Sequence record: NZ_CP028351.1
Length of the DNA stretch: 64,000 nt
Source of the DNA: a plasmid
Strand: one strand, 5' to 3'
Shown: one piece after another, positions 52,594 to 62,882 of the stretch
Layout of the letters: each line of letters opens with the position of its first letter
Numbering within the stretch: the stretch's first letter is position 1
Notes under the pieces: model-generated
What the model was told of the DNA's origin: nothing
What the model saw: the letters and a program-made list of their open reading frames with translations, nothing else
Databases searched by the model: none
Position numbers and translations under genes: made by a program

Positions 52594-53813
52594 ACCACTA
52601 TAGCGAGAGATGGGCTGTTTAAGGGTATCTGACAGCCCTAACCACTATAGCGAGTTAGATTACTCGCTATAGTGGTTAGCCCCTTTCCAAAAGAGCATCA
52701 ATATCCAGATGCGCCTGCCTGAAAACATCCTGCAATTTGCTGTGGTCTTCCATTCCGCCTCCCGGACCCAGAGGGTGCATTGGACTTCACAAGAGATCTA
52801 CTTCCCGTAGTGGTTAGCCAGTACGTGGCTTCACTGTAAACGCTGCAATAAGGCGTTATCGTGTTTATCACTCTCTATAGTGGTTAGTCAGGTCTGGTTA
52901 ACAGAATGCGGATTCTCCTCCCAATGCCATCTGACGTGTTCCGCAGGCGATATTCAGCTCTTCGGTTTTACTCGCTACAGTGGTTATCGCCATTCTGAAA
53001 TGGCTATCTCATGCTGGTTTGCCTCATTCTGCCCAAAAGATTTACACGCTACAGTGGTTTTCTGGAGATTTATTGGCTGATGCGTTCAGATAATGATCAG
53101 GTGACAGACCCGGTTCTTACAACATTCTCGCTACAGTGGTTATTTTTTTGGATTGAGGGGCGATATTACTCGCTATAGTGGTTAGCAGTATCATTTTACT
53201 CTGCCTGTTAATGACATTTAGCTAGTTAAAGTGAGTGCTTACTATCAATATTTATCTCTCATAGCATGATGAGAACAAAAAATTAGCATAGCAGGTAAGG
53301 TCAGCCAGGCACTCGCTACAGTGGTTGTGTTACAGGATGAGCAGAATGATTTCGTCAACAGAACAAAGCTATTTTAGCGAATAACAGCGCAAAACAGGGC
53401 AGGGCTATCACTCCGTTCCTGCTACATGCACCTCCTCACACGACCTTTTCACTCGCTATAGTGGTTATGCCGCATGGAAGTCGTGCGTGGTGCACTGTTG
53501 AGCATAGATAATCTTAGGCTCCTCTTTCTGGATCACTTACTCGATACAGTGGTTATCATCTGAGAACAGAGGTGAGCAGGTACTCGCTACAGTGGTTATC
53601 TGAGCGTTTATCGACTGCCTGAGTGATTTATCGGCATAATCCGGATGAATATTGCGCAACATACTGGCTACAGTGGTTGTCATAAACGCTTCGGGCGCAC
53701 CTTTGCTCGCTATAGTGGATATTTGTCACATTCTATACCCAGATAGTGCAGTTCAGTCTCAGATTTACTTCCTATAGTGGTTAACCTGTAAGCGTTACTC
53801 GCTATAGTGGTTA
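52594..53813. repeat. Downstream iteron field: about 17 copies (2 direct, 15 inverted; ACTCGCTAYAGTGGTTA) over 1.2 kb
   Basis: Direct copies at 52594 and 52642. A head-to-head palindrome spans 52642..52675. Inverted copies lie near 52802, 52869, 52968, 53042, 53124, 53166, 53310, 53448, 53537, 53581, 53661, 53704, 53765 and 53795. Confidence 0.8.
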
Positions 53814-54027
53814 TCAGAAAATGTATGCCGGAAATGCGTCAGAAACTCATTCAAAAATGCAGTATCGCGTCCAGGATTTACAAAAGAAGCTTAGAATGCG
53901 CAGATAAATAAAGGGGAGTAGGGAGGGCCTGTTAATCATGCCTTTTCCTGAGAGTCGGCACGGCCATAAATGAAAAAAGCGGCCGCTCGCTGGCGTACCG
54001 CTTTAAAATTATTAAGACCGCGTACGG

Positions 54028-55215
54028 TTACATCGCTTCGCGATATTCCGGCCAGGCGACCGATTGGGCCTCATAGCGGCCCGCAGATGCGAACAGCGTA
54101 CCCTGGAAATTGATCACACCTGCAGCTTCCAGCCACATCCACTCTTCAGCCTGTACGATCCCAGCCGCGATAACGGTGATCTCCAGCGCTGAGCAGCACT
54201 TGATGATTGCCTGCACCACCGCCTGCTTTGGCCCACTGCGATGAACGTCGCGGGTGATACCGGCATCGATACGGATACGGTCGGGCTGAATATGAGTCAG
54301 CAATGACAATCCCGCGGAGCCGTCTCCAAAATTGTCGATAGACAGGCTGATCCCGAACGCTTTTAACGCGCGTACGGCTTCAGAGAACGCATCCAGCTGT
54401 GAAATCACGCCGGTTTCACTCACACCAATAACCACCTGCTCCGGCACCAGACCCGCCTGCTGAATGGCTGCCACAATGTGCTCAACAGCGTCGGGTATGA
54501 CAACCAGCGTCATTGGCAGCAGACTCACGTAGAGCGTCATACCATCGGGACAAACCAGGCCAGCGTGGGCAAAGGTTTTCTTCACGGTTTCCAGATCGTC
54601 AACATAAAGCCGGTCGCCGGAAATTTCACCGGTCAGCGCCGGACGCAGGGTGACAGCTTCAATGGCGGTCACCTGACGCGCCAGTGGATCGACCACCGGC
54701 CGGAAGCTCACCCCTTCTGTCTCCGGACGGGAATCCGGCACATTAGTGTGCTCTGAAATAAACTCCCAGTAACCTGGCGGCAGAACCTCGTAGTAGTTTT
54801 CTTTCTCGCGTGACTCAACAAAAGTACGCAGGAATTGCAGTGCCCGATCATCATAGGTCAGGCGATATTTAGACGTACCTTTGTCCAGCACCGCCTGCAG
54901 CAGTGATGAGCGATCGTGTTCGCGCAGATCAAACAGCGACATGCCCGCATTACCAAAACGTCGGGAAGGCGCATAGTCGCGCATTAACTCCACCACATTA
55001 TGATGCCGGCGATCGGCACAGATTCGCTGATAAACGGCCCGAATGCCCGCTTCCGGGCCTTCAAGTAACTGGAAGAAATGGGTGCCGTTGAATAACAGGA
55101 TACCGGTTACACCGTGGGTAGTATTGATTTTGCTGGCGTTGTCGACCATTTCCGGTAGGGTTCTGACCGGAAAGTCATCTGAAATATGGCTGCGATAGAT
55201 TATGGTGGTAAGCAT
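54028..55215 (-). CDS. BLUF-EAL blue-light sensor protein (BluF/YcgF/BlrP1-like), copy 1
   Basis: N-terminal BLUF domain (MLTTIIYRSHISDD...GVTGILLFNGTHFFQLLEGPE...) plus a C-terminal EAL domain (LLPMTLVVIPDAV...DNFGDGSAG...IKCCSALEITVIAAGI). The start is chosen at MLTT. Confidence 0.85.
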   Translation of the reverse strand: MLTTIIYRSHISDDFPVRTLPEMVDNASKINTTHGVTGILLFNGTHFFQLLEGPEAGIRAVYQRICADRRHHNVVELMRDYAPSRRFGNAGMSLFDLREHDRSSLLQAVLDKGTSKYRLTYDDRALQFLRTFVESREKENYYEVLPPGYWEFISEHTNVPDSRPETEGVSFRPVVDPLARQVTAIEAVTLRPALTGEISGDRLYVDDLETVKKTFAHAGLVCPDGMTLYVSLLPMTLVVIPDAVEHIVAAIQQAGLVPEQVVIGVSETGVISQLDAFSEAVRALKAFGISLSIDNFGDGSAGLSLLTHIQPDRIRIDAGITRDVHRSGPKQAVVQAIIKCCSALEITVIAAGIVQAEEWMWLEAAGVINFQGTLFASAGRYEAQSVAWPEYREAM

Positions 55216-55521
55216 GTGCAGCTCCGTTTTACGTGATTGTTGCGGACACGCTAACATTGATCAAAAAATGTTTCACCTTTACTTGGTTACTGTCGCACAG
55301 ACTGCACCAGAGCAGGTGGCACTAAGCGAAGCGGCAAATTGGCAGATCTGAATTCAGTTACCTTAATGGTAATAATGCTGCTGGATCTCCGCAGAGAAGC
55401 TCATTTCAGTGCATCATAAATAAGACCGCCATCAGGGCGGCCTTGTGGCTTTAGCGGAAAGTTAATCCGCAGCTCAGCAGTGACATAAGCGCAATGTTCA
55501 ACACAGGTATAGCCTGCAGGT

Positions 55522-57306
55522 TTAATGACACTCACCACGCAATTTCCAGTGAAGCCAGTGATCCAGCGCCTCTTCGTTTAATGGCCTGGAATAGAAATAG
55601 CCCTGAGCCTGATCGCAGCCATATTCTGTCAGGGATGTCACGGCGTCAGGACACTCAACGCCTTCTGCCACCACCGTATAGTCCAGCTCTTTGAGCATGG
55701 CGATAATGCTGCGGGCAATAATGCGTGAAGCCGTATCTGAAGAGAGTTCACTGATCAGAGAGCGATCCAGCTTGATAACATCCAGCGGCATACGGCGCAG
55801 ATAGCTGATATTGCTGTAGCCTGCGCCAAAATCATCGAGTGAAATCGTGAATCCCCGTTCTCTGAGCATCTCCAGTCCGCGAAGGGCGGTGGGGCTTTCC
55901 AGGATACGTTCTGTCTCCAGGCATTCGATGCCCAGCAGCGAAGTCGGAAGCTTAGACTTCAGCATTTTGCTTTCCAGCGCGGATGCAAATCCCTCGCATG
56001 CAAAATCGCGTACGCTGACGTTGATGGTCAGTGGCAACTGAATACAGTTATTACGCAGTCGTCTGAGACGTTCAACGGCCTGATCGATAATCCAGGCGGT
56101 GAGCACCGAGAGCAGATCGGTCTGCTCAGCCAGCGGAATAAAGGCGGCAGGTGAAAGTTCCCCTCTGCTGGGATGTCGCCAGCGGATGAGCGCTTCCAGG
56201 CCCACCGGTTTGCCACTCTGCAGGCAAATCTTAGGCTGATAGACCATATAAAGCCCGATGTTATCGCGCAAAGCGGTTTTCAGATCGGTCATCAGCAGGA
56301 AATCTTCTGAGCGCTGTGTTTCCGCCTCAATATCAAAACGCTGAGAGGGCAGTCCGCGCCCGACAGCTTCATTCAGCGCGCTGACCGCGCGGCGTAACAC
56401 TTCCGACGCTGACATGCTGCCGGCAACAAAGGCCGCCTCACCGGTATGAGGCGTCAGTGCAACTGACAGCCCCTCATCCATGTCTGCACTGATACCTTCC
56501 AGGCGACCGGCGACCCAGGCTGCACTCAGTCTGCTATCAGCACGGGTCAGAATGGCAAACCGCCCTGTGGCCACGGTGTAGATCATCTCACCCACCGCCG
56601 GGCGCAGGCGCAGCGGCAGCAGGGTAGCCATATCCTTCAGCAGGCTTTCAACCGGATTCATTCCCATGGTGCGGGCCAGTTCATAAGCACGTGACATGTC
56701 GATGCAATCAATCAGCACCAGACGGCGTGGCGTGGTGTCACCCGCCACGGCCAGATATTGTAAATCACGTATCAGGCGCTGACGGTTAGGCAATCCGGTC
56801 ACCGGATCGCAAAAACCAGCGGAATGCCAGGCTTCAAGGAAGGACATGACCAGCGTGGAGAGCAGCGTTAATGTCGTCACCTGCTCAACGGCAAACGCAT
56901 GCGGCTCGGTGTCGGTAACACAGAGCGTGCCCAGAATAATGCCGTCGCGGGTTTTAAGAGGCACACCGGCATAAAAGCGAATAAAAGGTGAGCCGGTGAT
57001 CAGCGGATGCGTCACGAAACGCGCATCGTGATAGGTATCCGGGACGATCACTGCGCTGTCGCTGTCTACCACATGACGGCAGAGTGAATCCCCACGCGTT
57101 GAACGTTGCAGATCAAAGTTATGTGACGCCCGTACGGTCTGGAACTCGTCATCCAGCACAGAGATAAAGCTTCCCGGGATGCCCAGGGCCTGACTGGCTA
57201 ACCGGACAAATTTTCGCAGAACGTCATCGCGACTTTCGTCAGGGTCACGCAGTGCCTGCAAAGCACGACTTCGGCGTTCATTGTCGCCGTTTAGATTCTT
57301 GAGCAT
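55522..57306 (-). CDS. GAF - degenerate GGDEF - EAL protein, paralog of 30596..32377
   Basis: About 75% identical to the first copy along the whole length. The GGDEF site is again replaced by TVATGRFA. The EAL motif is EALIRW. Confidence 0.85.
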   Translation of the reverse strand: MLKNLNGDNERRSRALQALRDPDESRDDVLRKFVRLASQALGIPGSFISVLDDEFQTVRASHNFDLQRSTRGDSLCRHVVDSDSAVIVPDTYHDARFVTHPLITGSPFIRFYAGVPLKTRDGIILGTLCVTDTEPHAFAVEQVTTLTLLSTLVMSFLEAWHSAGFCDPVTGLPNRQRLIRDLQYLAVAGDTTPRRLVLIDCIDMSRAYELARTMGMNPVESLLKDMATLLPLRLRPAVGEMIYTVATGRFAILTRADSRLSAAWVAGRLEGISADMDEGLSVALTPHTGEAAFVAGSMSASEVLRRAVSALNEAVGRGLPSQRFDIEAETQRSEDFLLMTDLKTALRDNIGLYMVYQPKICLQSGKPVGLEALIRWRHPSRGELSPAAFIPLAEQTDLLSVLTAWIIDQAVERLRRLRNNCIQLPLTINVSVRDFACEGFASALESKMLKSKLPTSLLGIECLETERILESPTALRGLEMLRERGFTISLDDFGAGYSNISYLRRMPLDVIKLDRSLISELSSDTASRIIARSIIAMLKELDYTVVAEGVECPDAVTSLTEYGCDQAQGYFYSRPLNEEALDHWLHWKLRGECH

Positions 57307-57803
57307 GTGTGTGTAACCTCCGCACCGGCTGATTACGGAGCGAAAAAAGAAAACTGTCCGGAGCGAAATTTCATTCGGGCGGCAGGAAATATAGCGTATT
57401 TTTTTATTTTCATCCTGATGATAAGGGACTATGCGGCGGGTGTCTCTTAATATTTTCTTTAACGCATAAAGGCGATATTTACGATTCGAAAATTTAATCG
57501 AAGCGGTGCCTGATTATTTACCTTTTATATTTTCAGCCCGGCGCAGCAGCGCTGTTAAGGTTTATTCCCGGGCAGAAAATCAATAAGCATTCAGGATGGT
57601 TACTATTATTTCTAAGTTGGTTTTCAGGGGGAACAGTCATGATGCCGGAGGCAGGATCGTTATGCGCAGACTACTCAGCGGGATAACCTCTTCAAACACA
57701 ACGCAAAAGCCGGGCAGAGATGACCTGTCAGCGTGCTCCCGGCTGATGCAGGCCAATCCACCGCAAGGCCGGCGTTAACACAGCGTTTCTGTCAGCAATC
57801 AGC

Positions 57804-58028
57804 TTAACGTTTGATGCCATTCAGAGATTGAGCCGGGCGGCGTGGGGGCGGGTTCTGTTCCAGCCAGTCACGCACCTGTTCGGTCCGCGCGCCGCTTTCT
57901 CGGATCGCGCGTGTCAGCCTTTCCTGGGTTGTCCTCAGCTCCTGAGTCCAGTAGGTGATTTGCCACTGCTCACGAATTTCCACATGCGACAGATCGTCGG
58001 GTGAGCGACGCTGGATGGGATTTTTCAT
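57804..58028 (-). CDS. DUF3606-like small protein (74 aa)
   Basis: The central segment EIREQWQITYWTQELRTTQERLTRAIRESGARTEQVRDWL resembles DUF3606. The assignment is from memory. Confidence 0.45.
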   Translation of the reverse strand: MKNPIQRRSPDDLSHVEIREQWQITYWTQELRTTQERLTRAIRESGARTEQVRDWLEQNPPPRRPAQSLNGIKR

Positions 58029-58399
58029 TTATTATCCTCCTCTGGTTTCAATGATGCAGCCTGAACAGGAACCTCAGGCTAAACATCTATCCTGATGAAG
58101 AAAGCGGCATTGAGGTAGCGGATTAATCCCTGAATGGTCCTTAAGTCAAATAACAGGATAATTCCTGGCGGAAGAAATAAAGCATTCTAAGGAAATAGGA
58201 AAAGTACTGCGAGGACGAAATATGCCGCTTCGCTTACAGAAAAATTTCGCTTAATTGTTGAATCTGAAATTTGACATTTAAGCAAAATAGTCAATTATTC
58301 TCTGGTCTTTTCGCTGTGAGCGCTTTCAGGCCGCTTCGCTTTAATTGCTGGCGAAGCGCTGTGCTTTTGCGTTTTTAATCATGTTGAAGGAGTGTTTGT

Positions 58400-58639
58400 T
58401 TGGTTAATCGTCCCCCCAAGCCGCCTGTGGTTGTCCAGAGTAATGTACGTGAACTTCGTCTTGCCGCTGGCCTCTCACAACAGAGCGCCGCTGAGCGTTT
58501 TGATCTTAGCCTGAGAGTCTGGCAAACCAAAGAAGCAGCAGGTAATCCGACGCTACTCAGTCAGGGTGAATATGAACTGCTGTTATTACTGGCGGGTTGC
58601 CATCCCCATTTCACTCTTGCGCCTCAGAGCAAAAAGTAA
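58400..58639 (+). CDS. Small (79 aa) Xre-like HTH protein, paralog of 28211..28450
   Basis: TTG start at 58400, with AAGGAG 7 nt upstream. The sequence NVRELRLAAGLSQQSAAERFDLSLRVWQTKEA...LLSQGEYELLLLLAG closely matches the first copy. Confidence 0.6.
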   Translation: MVNRPPKPPVVVQSNVRELRLAAGLSQQSAAERFDLSLRVWQTKEAAGNPTLLSQGEYELLLLLAGCHPHFTLAPQSKK

Positions 58640-58813
58640 CGGCTCAGTTAATACCCTGAAATGTATTTCTGTGATAACCGGCCGTACAGTCACGTTAAAA
58701 AAAATCTATTAAGCTACTTGAAAGCGGACAATTGATCCCTACTTTAGCGATGATCGGGAATATCATACCGGTCAGATGAACTTTTGGATGAACCTGTTCA
58801 GGAGATTATCACC

Positions 58814-59302
58814 ATGTCTGTACAACAGTTTTCTGTTTTTCCTTCGCTGACGGATTCTGTCTTTTCAGACCGTTTTAGCCGTATCGATAAATTGTTCAGC
58901 CAGCTGACTGGCGACAAGCCGGTGACGTCAGTTCCCGCTTACGATCTGCAGCGGGTTGAGGATAACCGCTACGCGCTGACCGTCAGCGTACCCGGCTGGA
59001 AAGAGCATGAGCTGGAGATAGAACTACGTGGCGGCCGGCTTTGCGTGGCAGGTCACCGGGATGATGCATCCGGGGAGTCGTCCGGCGAAGCTCGGCAGGA
59101 GAACAGCAGCTGGATCCATCGCGGCATTTCCCGGCACGATTTCCAGCTAAGCTTTTCGATTCCGGAGCACATGAAGGTGACCGGCGCCAGCCTGGCGGAC
59201 GGTTTACTCAGCATTGATTTGATCCAGGAAATACCGGAGAGCGAGAAACCGCGTCGTATCCCGATTGCGATCGGCGGACCACGAACGCTGGAACATCAGT
59301 AA
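58814..59302 (+). CDS. Hsp20/alpha-crystallin small heat-shock protein (IbpA/B-like)
   Basis: The alpha-crystallin domain reads AYDLQRVEDNRYALTVSVPGWKEHELEIEL....ADGLLSIDL. The start is at ATG 58814 with GGAGA 8 nt upstream. Confidence 0.8.
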   Translation: MSVQQFSVFPSLTDSVFSDRFSRIDKLFSQLTGDKPVTSVPAYDLQRVEDNRYALTVSVPGWKEHELEIELRGGRLCVAGHRDDASGESSGEARQENSSWIHRGISRHDFQLSFSIPEHMKVTGASLADGLLSIDLIQEIPESEKPRRIPIAIGGPRTLEHQ

Positions 59303-59374
59303 TGTGAACAGGGCGGAAGCGGCTAAGGCTGTTTCCGCCCTTTTAACTGCTGGCAGGGAAGAAGGTCAACCGCA

Positions 59375-60139
59375 TCAGGCGCTGGCAGACATCGGGCAGA
59401 TGGGCGATTGCACGCCAGTATTTGTTCCGGTCAGCATAACAGGATCACCCGCCTCCAGGCTGGCGTGAAATGCCGCCTTCATCGATGCACTGATACCATC
59501 GCCACACCACATCAGATGATGCTCAAAGCGGCGATGCGCTACAGCGGGAACACCGCATGCGGCCGCTGCGACTTCAACCCGAAAGCCCTGTCCGTTGAGC
59601 CGTATCGCCTCCATCCAGATCTCGGTTTCATCCGTTACGCTGACCGCTTCAAGAAACAGTGGTACGGTGCTGCGTCGCCGTGCGGCCAGCGACAGGCGCT
59701 CCCACTGGCCGATGACGGCACTATGAAAACGCTGCTGACGCTGGGCTGCTCCTTCGCTGAGGTCAGAACGCAGCCAGAGGTTGAGCGGCCGCAGATAGCG
59801 ATTAACATAGTCATCACCACAGTAGTCGGTATTCATCATCTGCAGTTCACGTTCAACATCTGCGTCCGGATTGTTCGCCAGCAGTTGCAACATATCCTCT
59901 TCCCGGCAGGCCCAGCCGCCGGGAAGCGTGACGCTGGGCCAGTTAAGGGCAGCATGGATATCAAACAGCGTATGGCCTCCTGATGTCATTTCACGAACGC
60001 AGAGCGCGCGCGTGAGCTGCTGATCTGAATAGCCAGCAGGGCCAGGCGGTGTGATCAGCCCGGCCCGGCGCCAGCGACGCAGGGTTTCAGGAAGAACACC
60101 GACGAGACCACATACGGTGTCGGTAGAGTGGTGAGGCAT
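59375..60139 (-). CDS. MerR-family transcriptional regulator with a C-terminal domain of about 180 aa (BluR/YcgE-like architecture)
   Basis: N-terminal MerR HTH (VCGLVGVLPETLRRWRRAGLITPPGPAGYSDQQL). It sits between the Hsp20 gene and the csbD / BLUF-EAL genes. Confidence 0.65.
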   Translation of the reverse strand: MPHHSTDTVCGLVGVLPETLRRWRRAGLITPPGPAGYSDQQLTRALCVREMTSGGHTLFDIHAALNWPSVTLPGGWACREEDMLQLLANNPDADVERELQMMNTDYCGDDYVNRYLRPLNLWLRSDLSEGAAQRQQRFHSAVIGQWERLSLAARRRSTVPLFLEAVSVTDETEIWMEAIRLNGQGFRVEVAAAACGVPAVAHRRFEHHLMWCGDGISASMKAAFHASLEAGDPVMLTGTNTGVQSPICPMSASA

Positions 60140-60340
60140 AGTTGATATCCGGGAAGCGTTGCAATCCCATGATCGGGAAAGATGGCCGCATTATGCGCGC
60201 CAGGAATAAATAAAGAAACAATCATTTCCATAATCTGTCCCTGCAACAGGTACAGAGGTGTCAGAGAGTAAATGAACAGACGGAGAGAAGGGCTGACGGG
60301 CAGGTGCCGGGCGCAGAGACGCCCGGCGATTAAGAACGCT

Positions 60341-60550
60341 TTACCAGTGGTACTTGTTGGAATCTTCCCACTCTTTTACTTCTTTTTCGGCACGGTCTTT
60401 CTCGTAGCCGTAGCGTTCCTGAATTTTACCGACCAGCTGATCGCGCTTCCCTTCTACAACGGTCATATCATCATCCGTAAGATCACCCCATTTTTCCTTG
60501 ACCTTACCTTTGAACTGCTTCCAGTTGCCGCCAATGCGATCTTCGTTCAT
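60341..60550 (-). CDS. CsbD-family stress protein (YjbJ-like)
   Basis: MNEDRIGGNWKQFKGKVKEKWGDLTDDDMTVVEGKRDQLVGKIQERYGYEKDRAEKEV is near-identical in pattern to E. coli YjbJ. The start is chosen at MNED. Confidence 0.8.
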   Translation of the reverse strand: MNEDRIGGNWKQFKGKVKEKWGDLTDDDMTVVEGKRDQLVGKIQERYGYEKDRAEKEVKEWEDSNKYHW

Positions 60551-60723
60551 GGTGATTCTCCCAATTCCGGTTGTTATCCAGGGACCTGATGAATATCTGT
60601 CCTGCCAGAAGGCTGTCAGATGGATCAAGCATGGCACAGCTTTTGCTTTTTGCAGCGAAGCGGTGTGAGCCGCTTCAAACTATGAGCAAAAGGGCAGGCA
60701 GGGAGGTATTTCTGCCGGGGAAA

Positions 60724-61938
60724 TCACGGGCGTCGTGCAGGCCAGCTAACAGCAGGCAGAGCATTAAGGGCAGGGCGGGCAAACATAAAGCCCTGGTAAT
60801 AACGGACCCCGGCACCTTCCAGCCAGAGCCACTCTTCAATTTTCTCCACGCCTTCCGCAATGACCGTAATTTCCAGCGCCTGGCAGCATTTAAGGATGGC
60901 CAGCACAATCGCCTGACGCGGGCCGCTGCGATGAATATCGGTGATCAGCTTGCGATCGATCTTAACTTTGTCGGGCTGGAAATCGGCGAGCAGCGACAGG
61001 CCTGCGAAACCGGCACCGAAATCATCAAGGGCCAGGCTGATTCCGGCTGCTTTCAGCTGGCGCACAGCAAACTGAAAGGCATCGAAGCGGGAGATGACCT
61101 CATCTTCAGTCACCTCAACCACCACCTGCTCAGGGCGCAATCCCTGTTGCCTGATCTGCTGAATGAGATGTTCAACCGCATCGTCGATCACCACCAGCGA
61201 CATGGGCAGCAGGTTGACGGAGAGCGTCTGCTCCCGCAGGCCGAGATGTCTGGCCAGCTGAAACGCATAGGTTTTGGAATGGAGATCCGCCTGATAACGC
61301 TCGCCTTCCGGCAGCTGTGAAAAGTAGTCTGCGGGTGGTGCGCCCTGAAGACCGCGTATCAGGGCTTCGCAGGAGACAATCCGGCGATTCGCAGCGTCTA
61401 CGATAGGCTGAAGCGCAAATTCACAGCGCTGATCCGCTGCAGGCTGCAGGGGTGGCCGGGCACTGACGGTAAGAGGCGCAGTCAGTGTCCACTCGCTGGC
61501 AGGGGCAATCCCGATAAACGTTTCTTTATCTCTGCCTTCGACAAAAGAACGCAAAAACTTCACTACCCGGTCATGTCTGATTCGCTCATCAGTCAGGGTG
61601 ACCCGTTTAAGCAGGGCTTCTACAACGGTATGTTTCTGATAGTCACGTAAATCAAACAAGGCCATACCGGCATGACCAAATCGACGTGCAGGGGCGTAAT
61701 CTCGCATCAGTTCAATCAGATTATAATGCCGATCATCCCGACTAATACGCTGAAAAACCGTGTGAACATTATCAACGCTCCCTTCAAGCACCTGAAAAAA
61801 GTGCTGCCCGTCATAGAGCAGTATCCCGGTGACTTCAGCTTCAGCGTTTTTAATACTGGCGCGCTCCACCAGCGCTTTAAGCTTCTCTGGCGAGACCGAA
61901 CCCGCAAGCTGGCTACGGTAAATCAGGGTGGAGAGCAT
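60724..61938 (-). CDS. BLUF-EAL blue-light sensor protein, copy 2
   Basis: BLUF domain (MLSTLIYRSQLAG...VTGILLYDGQHFFQVLEGS) plus an EAL domain that contains EALIRG and DDFGAGFAG. The ATG at 61938 is preferred over the GTG at 61950. Confidence 0.85.
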   Translation of the reverse strand: MLSTLIYRSQLAGSVSPEKLKALVERASIKNAEAEVTGILLYDGQHFFQVLEGSVDNVHTVFQRISRDDRHYNLIELMRDYAPARRFGHAGMALFDLRDYQKHTVVEALLKRVTLTDERIRHDRVVKFLRSFVEGRDKETFIGIAPASEWTLTAPLTVSARPPLQPAADQRCEFALQPIVDAANRRIVSCEALIRGLQGAPPADYFSQLPEGERYQADLHSKTYAFQLARHLGLREQTLSVNLLPMSLVVIDDAVEHLIQQIRQQGLRPEQVVVEVTEDEVISRFDAFQFAVRQLKAAGISLALDDFGAGFAGLSLLADFQPDKVKIDRKLITDIHRSGPRQAIVLAILKCCQALEITVIAEGVEKIEEWLWLEGAGVRYYQGFMFARPALNALPAVSWPARRP

Positions 61939-62882
61939 AAGCAGACTCACATGACAGGAAGTTACTGATTAACCATACCACATAAATATTGATGGTTAAG
62001 GGCATAACTGCGGCCAATATATCGTTCTGCTTGCGGCATCAAACCGGGCATAGGGCAGGGTAATACTTCAGGCATTAAGCACACACATGTCAGATGGCGT
62101 CTCAATAATAAACCGGCGAATAAGCTGAGATAAAAGAAAAGCCCCCGCAAAAGCGGGGGCGAAGAGCGGATATAGCGCATTATTATAACGTCACGACATC
62201 CCTGGTGAGGCGCCGGTCATTCGGGTTGTGCCTGATTATTACGCGCTTTATATTCTCCTTACCATGTTGTTCTGGCGGGATTATTAAGCGGGTAAAAATC
62301 AGTTTCTCTGATATTTCAGAAAATTGTCCTGATATTCAATCAACTGGTTTGGGCTTTTGATAATATCAGCACAGCCATTGAATTATCAGGTTACAAATCC
62401 ACCACTTTTCCAGTCGCAATCTTAACGTCTTCAGCAGGTTTAACCGGTACGCGTAAACATTACTCGCCTGCAGAGTTAACTGCGTGTCGACATCTGCGGT
62501 AACTGAAAAAGTGCCCCCCTGTAAAAGGGGGCAAGGGTAGGAGTCAGATCACTCTGAAACAGAAGTGGATTTCGTTGCAGAGCCATTTAAAGATAGGGCA
62601 AAACCGCTGTTATTTCCGCTGCGGTTAACCCTTTTTTTAGTTAGATATCAAATAATTAAAATGCTTACAATGTAAAATAATGAGCAGGATCAGTCAGTTA
62701 ATCAGATATGAAAACGATTACTAAGATTAGGATTAAAGTCCTGATCTGCCTGCGGCTACGGCTATTAATGGCCATAATTCCGGCATCCAAAGCATGTGAA
62801 TGCAGACTTGACCGCCTGACGGATTGATTATACTGTTCATAAACACAGTACTATTTCAAACAAAAGCCGTTGTGGAGTCAAT

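Noticed and set aside
52594-53813. Repeat array that superficially resembles a CRISPR array
   Set aside because: The repeats are about 19 bp with irregular spacing (40-140 bp). Most are inverted relative to each other. They share their sequence with the iterons upstream of repA, and there are no cas genes. They are replication-initiator binding sites.
60571-61320. 249-aa plus-strand ORF
   Set aside because: It is antisense to the BLUF-EAL copy-2 gene.
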